Below are positions 59,386 to 64,000 of a stretch of DNA of 64,000 nt, piece after piece (position 1 is the stretch's first letter; every line of letters begins with the position of its first letter). Made by a program: the position numbers and the translations under genes. Source of the DNA: Candidatus Marinacidobacterium sp. (GTDB lineage Bacteria; Acidobacteriota; Vicinamibacteria; Marinacidobacterales; Marinacidobacteraceae); the NCBI GenBank assembly GCA_965204755.1, contig OZ242011.1, forward strand, positions 672,001 to 736,000, in the 5' to 3' direction. The notes under the pieces were generated by a model. That model was not told the DNA's origin. It searched no databases and saw only the letters and a list, made by a program, of their open reading frames with translations.

Positions 59386-59645
59386 CAGAACGGGGGAGTC
59401 CGGCGGCTCCGGCGAGCGCCCGCGATGGAGCGGTCGAATTCCTCGTGACCCCGCCGCAGCAGCCGGAGGTCGGCCTTGCTCAGGTGGCTGTCGCTGAAGA
59501 ACTCCTCGTTCGAAATGTTCTCCCGCTCGACCGCGCGCTGGCAGGACTCGACGATCACCCGGTTCCGGCTGACGCCCAGGGCCGCCGCCATCCGGTCCAG
59601 CGCGGCCAGCAGTTCGTCCGGGAAGTAAACGCTCGTGTTCGCCAT
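59385..59645 (-). CDS. vapB: ribbon-helix-helix (CopG-type) antitoxin
   Basis: TSVYFPDELLAALD...GVSRNRVI; TGA/ATG overlap with vapC. Confidence 0.85.
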   Translation of the reverse strand: MANTSVYFPDELLAALDRMAAALGVSRNRVIVESCQRAVERENISNEEFFSDSHLSKADLRLLRRGHEEFDRSIAGARRSRRTPPF

Positions 59646-59664
59646 AACATGACATGTTATACCA
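59644..59664 (-). promoter_or_regulatory. vapBC operator palindrome and extended -10
   Basis: ATAACATG-A-CATGTTAT perfect inverted repeat overlapping TGGTATAAC and the start codon. Confidence 0.75.
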
Positions 59665-59784
59665 CTCGGACCCTGTCTGCAAGCCCGCGGACGCCGGAAG
59701 GGCCTGACGGAGGGAGAGAGCCCCGGACCCCCGGAATCGCCCCGGGAGGTGTCGCGCCCGGGAGGGCGGCGCTCCGGGGGCGGG

Positions 59785-62700
59785 TCAGTCGGACGGCTCC
59801 TCCGGAGGGAACCAAGTCGGGTCGTCTCGGAGTTTCTTGCGGAGGTCCGGCTTCGACAGGTAGTTGGCGAGGCGGCGGAAGTGGCGTTCCATGGCGTCCC
59901 GGTCGTGGAGTTGGTTGGCGGAGATTTCGAGAACTTCCCAGCCGTCGCTGCGGAGGCGGGAGCGGATGTGGCCGTCCTTTTCGGCGGTTTCCGGGTTTCC
60001 GTGGAGGTGGCGGCTGAGGCCGTCGAGGTAGATGCAGACGCCCTCGTCGGGTTCGCCGGTGCGGTAGATCACATCGGGGGTGGTCGCGCCGAGCGGGAGG
60101 CCGAGGCGGATCTGTTCGCCGCGGACGCCTTCGCCGAAGCCGGCGGCGCGGAGCAGGCGCTGCAGGCGCGTTTCCGCTTCGTTCACCGGGACGGCGCCTT
60201 CTTCGGGTTCGGGGGCGGGAGCGCTTGGCGGGATTTGGTGTGTTTCCGCGAGGCCGGTTCCCCATTCGTCGAAGCACTCGATCACGCGGCGCCGATCCAG
60301 GTGGCGGTGGTAGTAGGCGTTCCGGAAGTACTGCAGGCAATCCACACAGGACGCTTCGCAGACCGCCGGGCAGGCGGAGACGATCTCGCGGGCCGCTTCC
60401 GCGATCTCGCCGAATCCGGCCAGCAGGCGGTCGAGCAGGCCGGAGCCGCCGGGCATCGGGTCCCACAGCAGCGCGTTCTTGTGGTCTTCGACGACATCGC
60501 CGATGACGAGTATCTGCAGGTCTTCGCGGTGCATGTCGAGGCATCGCGCGGCGGCGAGGCGCAGCGCTTCGAGGACGCCGTACGCGGTTTCGGCGTCTTC
60601 GCATTCGGGCAGCGACAGCGCGTCCGCCACCGCGTCGGCGTAGAAGCCGGTGTTCTTGGGCGCGCGGCCGCACCGTTCCGCGTGGTCTTCGCGGAACTTC
60701 CGCCGCTGGCGTTCGGAGGAGAACGGCGAAACGCTCTGGCCGCAGACGACGCAGAGCGGGTAGCCGAGGCCGCGGCCTTCGTCGTCGCCGGAAACCCCGA
60801 CATTCACCAGCCGGAGGCGCACGCCGCGGCGGTGGAAGACCGCCTGCGGCCCCCAGCGGTAGGCCTTTCCGCCGTCGTACTGGTTTCGTTCGATGCCGTA
60901 CACCGCCACCGGGAGTTGGAACCGGTGCTCCTCTTCGTCGGAGATGTGGGAGGCGTGGATCAGGTCGGTGTCGCAGACGGAGATCGTCGGGAGGCTCTGC
61001 CCGGCCAGCAGCGAACCTTCTCCCCGGACGGAGGGACGGAGCGCCTGGCGCTCGGTCGAAACCTCGTAGTAGGCCGTCTCCTCCCGCTCTTCGCCGGGTT
61101 CGCGGCGGAATCGCCGGGCGACGAAGCGGCGCCCGTTCGCGTAGATGAGGTTGCCGGGGACATATTCGCGGACGGCGGCGGACGGCGGACGCGGGAGGGT
61201 GAAGTCGCCGTGGTCGGGGAACCACGACGGAACCTCGGCGTAACCGATCACGGAGCCGACTTCGAGGCCGTAGCCGGGGAGGAAACCCTCCGCGGCGAGC
61301 ACGCTGAAGGTGTTGCTGTCGTCGTGGCCTTCGGCCTGCTTCCGTCCGCGCTTCGCGCCCTTCAGGCGGCGCACCGCGGAGTCGCATCTCCGGAACAGGG
61401 ACTCGTCCGCGGGGTCGAGGGTTCCCTGTTTCGACCTTCGGGCGTTCAGGCGCCGGATCTGGCGCATCGCCCAGTCGAGGCGGCGGGCCAGGCGGCGGAC
61501 GACTTCCTCCAGGCGGTCGGCGAACTCGGCGACGCGGGCGGCGATCCGGTCCGGGGTGACCGGGACGCTCGCGTCTTCCGGCCAACCCTGCTCGAAGACG
61601 CGCCGCGCTTCGGCCTCCAAGTCTTCCGCGTTCCGCTCGATCACGCGCCGGAGCGGCGCGAAGTCGAACGGTTCGCTGCGGAGTTCCCGGCCGTCGAACA
61701 GGTACGGGGTGACGCGGCGCGGCAGGCATTCGTCGAGGGCCGCGTGGACGGCGTTTCGTTCTTCCTCCGGGCGCGCCGGGTCGCCGGCGATCCGGTGGAG
61801 ACGGGCGATCACCGTCGCGTGGACATGTTTGGCGACCATTTCCCCGTTCCGCAGGTGGAACGCCGGGGGGTCGATCCGTCCGGAGAGCAACTTCTCCGGC
61901 GCGTCGAAGTAGGCGCGGTCGTGGGACACCGGGCGGCAGTAGGTGAGGTCCACCGCCATGCGATGCCGCCGCCCGGCCCGCCCGGCGCGCTGCCAGTAGT
62001 TCGCCGGGAGCGGCGGCACATTCCTCATCAGCACGGAGTCCAGCCGCCCGATGTCTATGCCGAGTTCGAGCGTGGGCGTGCAGACCAGGCAGTTCACCGC
62101 CTCCGAACCGCCCTTGAAGAGGTTTTCCAGACGCTCTCGCTCGTCGTTCGGGACCATCGCCGTGTGTTCCGCCGGACGCAGCATGGAGTAGGCGCCGTCG
62201 AGGAGCGCGAGGTCGTAGTTGTCCTTCTCCTCCTCGACCCATTCCAGCGTTCCCGGGCAGCGCCAGGCGGGGCAGCGGTCGCGCGGCTGCGCCCACCCGA
62301 ACCGGCGGCGGCACTTCCGGCACCGATGGACGCCCCGGATCGGCTTCAGGAGCAACCGGTCGGCGTCCACCTGGTACTCGTCGCTGACGCCGGGAAGGCG
62401 GCGGCCCTTCGAGCCGACGAGTTTCACGCGGACGAGCAGGCGCAGTTCGACCAGGAAGTCGAACAATTCGGTCAGGAGGGGCTCGATGTCGTCCGTTTCC
62501 GCCTCCCACTTGCCCGCCAACTGCCGCAGGGTGGTGTCGCCGGCGCGACTGAGCCACGGGGTGATCACCTCCTTCTCCATCTCGGCGCCGGGCTCGCGGC
62601 GGAGTTTGGTGGCCGTCGGCCCGGAGGAATGCCGCAGGTATCCCTGCTGGACTTCGAGGTCGCCGTCCATCCAGTACCGGCCGAAGATCCCGTATTCCTC

Positions 62701-64000
62701 GTCGTGGAGCGCGCGCTTCCGGCGCAGGTAGTCGAGAGCGCCGGCGATGCCGTCCCGCAACCGGTCCGGCGCGACGCGGAGCCGGTGCGCCCGCTCCACG
62801 ATCCACGGGTGGGAATCCTCGAGCCCGGCGTAGTCCACCCGCATCCGCCCCCACGGCTCCAGCCCCACGGCCTGCCGCGACGAAACCGTCACTTCGCCGA
62901 GCACCTGGAACCGCAGGTACTTCTTCCGCTCGCGCCGGTGCCGGACGGCGGAGCCCGCCCGGCGCTCCACGGCCCATACCTCCGGTATGAGCGCCCGCGA
63001 CAGCGCTTCGTCCTTCTCAAGCACATCCTCGAGATGACCCACGAGGTCGCCGACGGCGCGCTTCCCCGCTTTCATACCCTCCGCCATCAGCGCGCGGAGG
63101 CGGAACCGGCGGGCGTGATCCCTCATCCAGCCGGCCTGGAACGCCGCGTCCTGCCGGTTGTCGCAGAACACGAGCAGCCGGCGGCGGTCGGCGTGGTGCA
63201 CCAGGTCCTGGGTCAGCACATGCACATCGGCCACGGTTACCGCCCGCACCGCGCGCGCCGGCTCCCGCGGCTTCCCGTGCGCCCTCCCGCGCGGCGCCCG
63301 GCAGGACACGCAACTCGTCAGGGCGCCGGGCTCGCCCTTCTTCGAGCGCACCGCGTTCAGTTGCACCGGCGCCCCGGGCGCGCCGCACGCGCGGCAGCGG
63401 GCGAACTCGTCCGGTTGGGCGGCGCCGCAACGGCGGCAGAAGAACACCGGCGCGGCGCGGCCGCTCGTCGAGTCCCCTTCTCCTTCGTCCCCGCCGTCCT
63501 CGCCTTCCTCCGACCCGATCAGCCGGTCGAAGAGGAGCGCGCGCTTTCCCCCCTGCGCCCGTTCGAGGCGCGGCCAGACGGTTCCGTCGGCGCCCGCATC
63601 CCCGCCGCCGGGACGCTTCGCGGTGAACTCGAAGTCCTTGAGGAACGCCTCGAAGTAGTGCTGGCCGCAGGTGGTGCAGGTGAGCACCGGGAAATGCGCG
63701 ATGCCGGGATCCTTCCCCTTCCCTTCCGCGATGTCCTCCGCGGCGAGCCACAACTTCGGTTCGTTCGAGTCGTCGGGAAACGAAACGACCGCGCCGCCGA
63801 TGCCGCGCGCGAACAGGTGGAGCACCGGCCGGAGCAGCGGACGCCCCCCGCTCCGCGCCGCCGCGCCGAGCGTGAGCCACGCGAGGATCTCCGCTTCGGT
63901 AACGGGCCGGCCCAGCCGTTTCCCCAGCGCCTCCGGCAACTCCGCGAGCGGTCGCGCGACCGCCAGTTCCTCGCTCAACCCGAACGCGAACTCGCTCCGG
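59785..64000 (-). CDS. large YprA/DrmAB-like SF2 helicase with DUF1998 and C-terminal Vsr/DUF559-like nuclease (5' end beyond the window)
   Basis: LVFCDNRQDAA, CTPTLELGIDIG, NYWQRAGRAGR, LPGYG, CPAVCEASCVDCL, TPDVIY...YLDG...HG...DGWEVL; frame open to the edge. Confidence 0.88.
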   Translation of the reverse strand, partial: RSEFAFGLSEELAVARPLAELPEALGKRLGRPVTEAEILAWLTLGAAARSGGRPLLRPVLHLFARGIGGAVVSFPDDSNEPKLWLAAEDIAEGKGKDPGIAHFPVLTCTTCGQHYFEAFLKDFEFTAKRPGGGDAGADGTVWPRLERAQGGKRALLFDRLIGSEEGEDGGDEGEGDSTSGRAAPVFFCRRCGAAQPDEFARCRACGAPGAPVQLNAVRSKKGEPGALTSCVSCRAPRGRAHGKPREPARAVRAVTVADVHVLTQDLVHHADRRRLLVFCDNRQDAAFQAGWMRDHARRFRLRALMAEGMKAGKRAVGDLVGHLEDVLEKDEALSRALIPEVWAVERRAGSAVRHRRERKKYLRFQVLGEVTVSSRQAVGLEPWGRMRVDYAGLEDSHPWIVERAHRLRVAPDRLRDGIAGALDYLRRKRALHDEEYGIFGRYWMDGDLEVQQGYLRHSSGPTATKLRREPGAEMEKEVITPWLSRAGDTTLRQLAGKWEAETDDIEPLLTELFDFLVELRLLVRVKLVGSKGRRLPGVSDEYQVDADRLLLKPIRGVHRCRKCRRRFGWAQPRDRCPAWRCPGTLEWVEEEKDNYDLALLDGAYSMLRPAEHTAMVPNDERERLENLFKGGSEAVNCLVCTPTLELGIDIGRLDSVLMRNVPPLPANYWQRAGRAGRRHRMAVDLTYCRPVSHDRAYFDAPEKLLSGRIDPPAFHLRNGEMVAKHVHATVIARLHRIAGDPARPEEERNAVHAALDECLPRRVTPYLFDGRELRSEPFDFAPLRRVIERNAEDLEAEARRVFEQGWPEDASVPVTPDRIAARVAEFADRLEEVVRRLARRLDWAMRQIRRLNARRSKQGTLDPADESLFRRCDSAVRRLKGAKRGRKQAEGHDDSNTFSVLAAEGFLPGYGLEVGSVIGYAEVPSWFPDHGDFTLPRPPSAAVREYVPGNLIYANGRRFVARRFRREPGEEREETAYYEVSTERQALRPSVRGEGSLLAGQSLPTISVCDTDLIHASHISDEEEHRFQLPVAVYGIERNQYDGGKAYRWGPQAVFHRRGVRLRLVNVGVSGDDEGRGLGYPLCVVCGQSVSPFSSERQRRKFREDHAERCGRAPKNTGFYADAVADALSLPECEDAETAYGVLEALRLAAARCLDMHREDLQILVIGDVVEDHKNALLWDPMPGGSGLLDRLLAGFGEIAEAAREIVSACPAVCEASCVDCLQYFRNAYYHRHLDRRRVIECFDEWGTGLAETHQIPPSAPAPEPEEGAVPVNEAETRLQRLLRAAGFGEGVRGEQIRLGLPLGATTPDVIYRTGEPDEGVCIYLDGLSRHLHGNPETAEKDGHIRSRLRSDGWEVLEISANQLHDRDAMERHFRRLANYLSKPDLRKKLRDDPTWFPPEEPSD

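Overview
Very GC-rich bacterial chromosome segment; the TPR-AMIN-amidase architecture, DUF1326 cluster and GTTC-N7-GTTC box point to Acidobacteriota (inference). Housekeeping blocks: purA-tlpA-trxB-rsmA; uppP-ftsK-amidase; tRNA-Phe; recA; hbd-thiolase; tRNA-Leu-tig-clpP-clpX-engB-rho-rpmE-prfA-prmC; lspA-lgt-rluD-pyrRBC. Accessory content: a Tat-exported xanthine-dehydrogenase-family molybdoenzyme cluster with uncharacterised partner genes, a lower-GC RloA/RloB cassette, a degenerate NYN gene, an IS1634, a tandem pair of two-domain hypothetical genes, two copies of a 221-bp MITE-like element, a VapBC module, and a large DUF1998 (YprA/DrmAB-like) helicase-nuclease running off the right edge. 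The most striking structure is a head-to-tail pair of ~980-aa Type IIG-like restriction-modification genes joined at a 4-bp CTTC microhomology, with near-identical ends and divergent specificity regions. Resident genes also systematically avoid ACGT and AGCT, which gives an internal marker for recently acquired DNA. All calls come from reading motifs by eye; no database searches were run.
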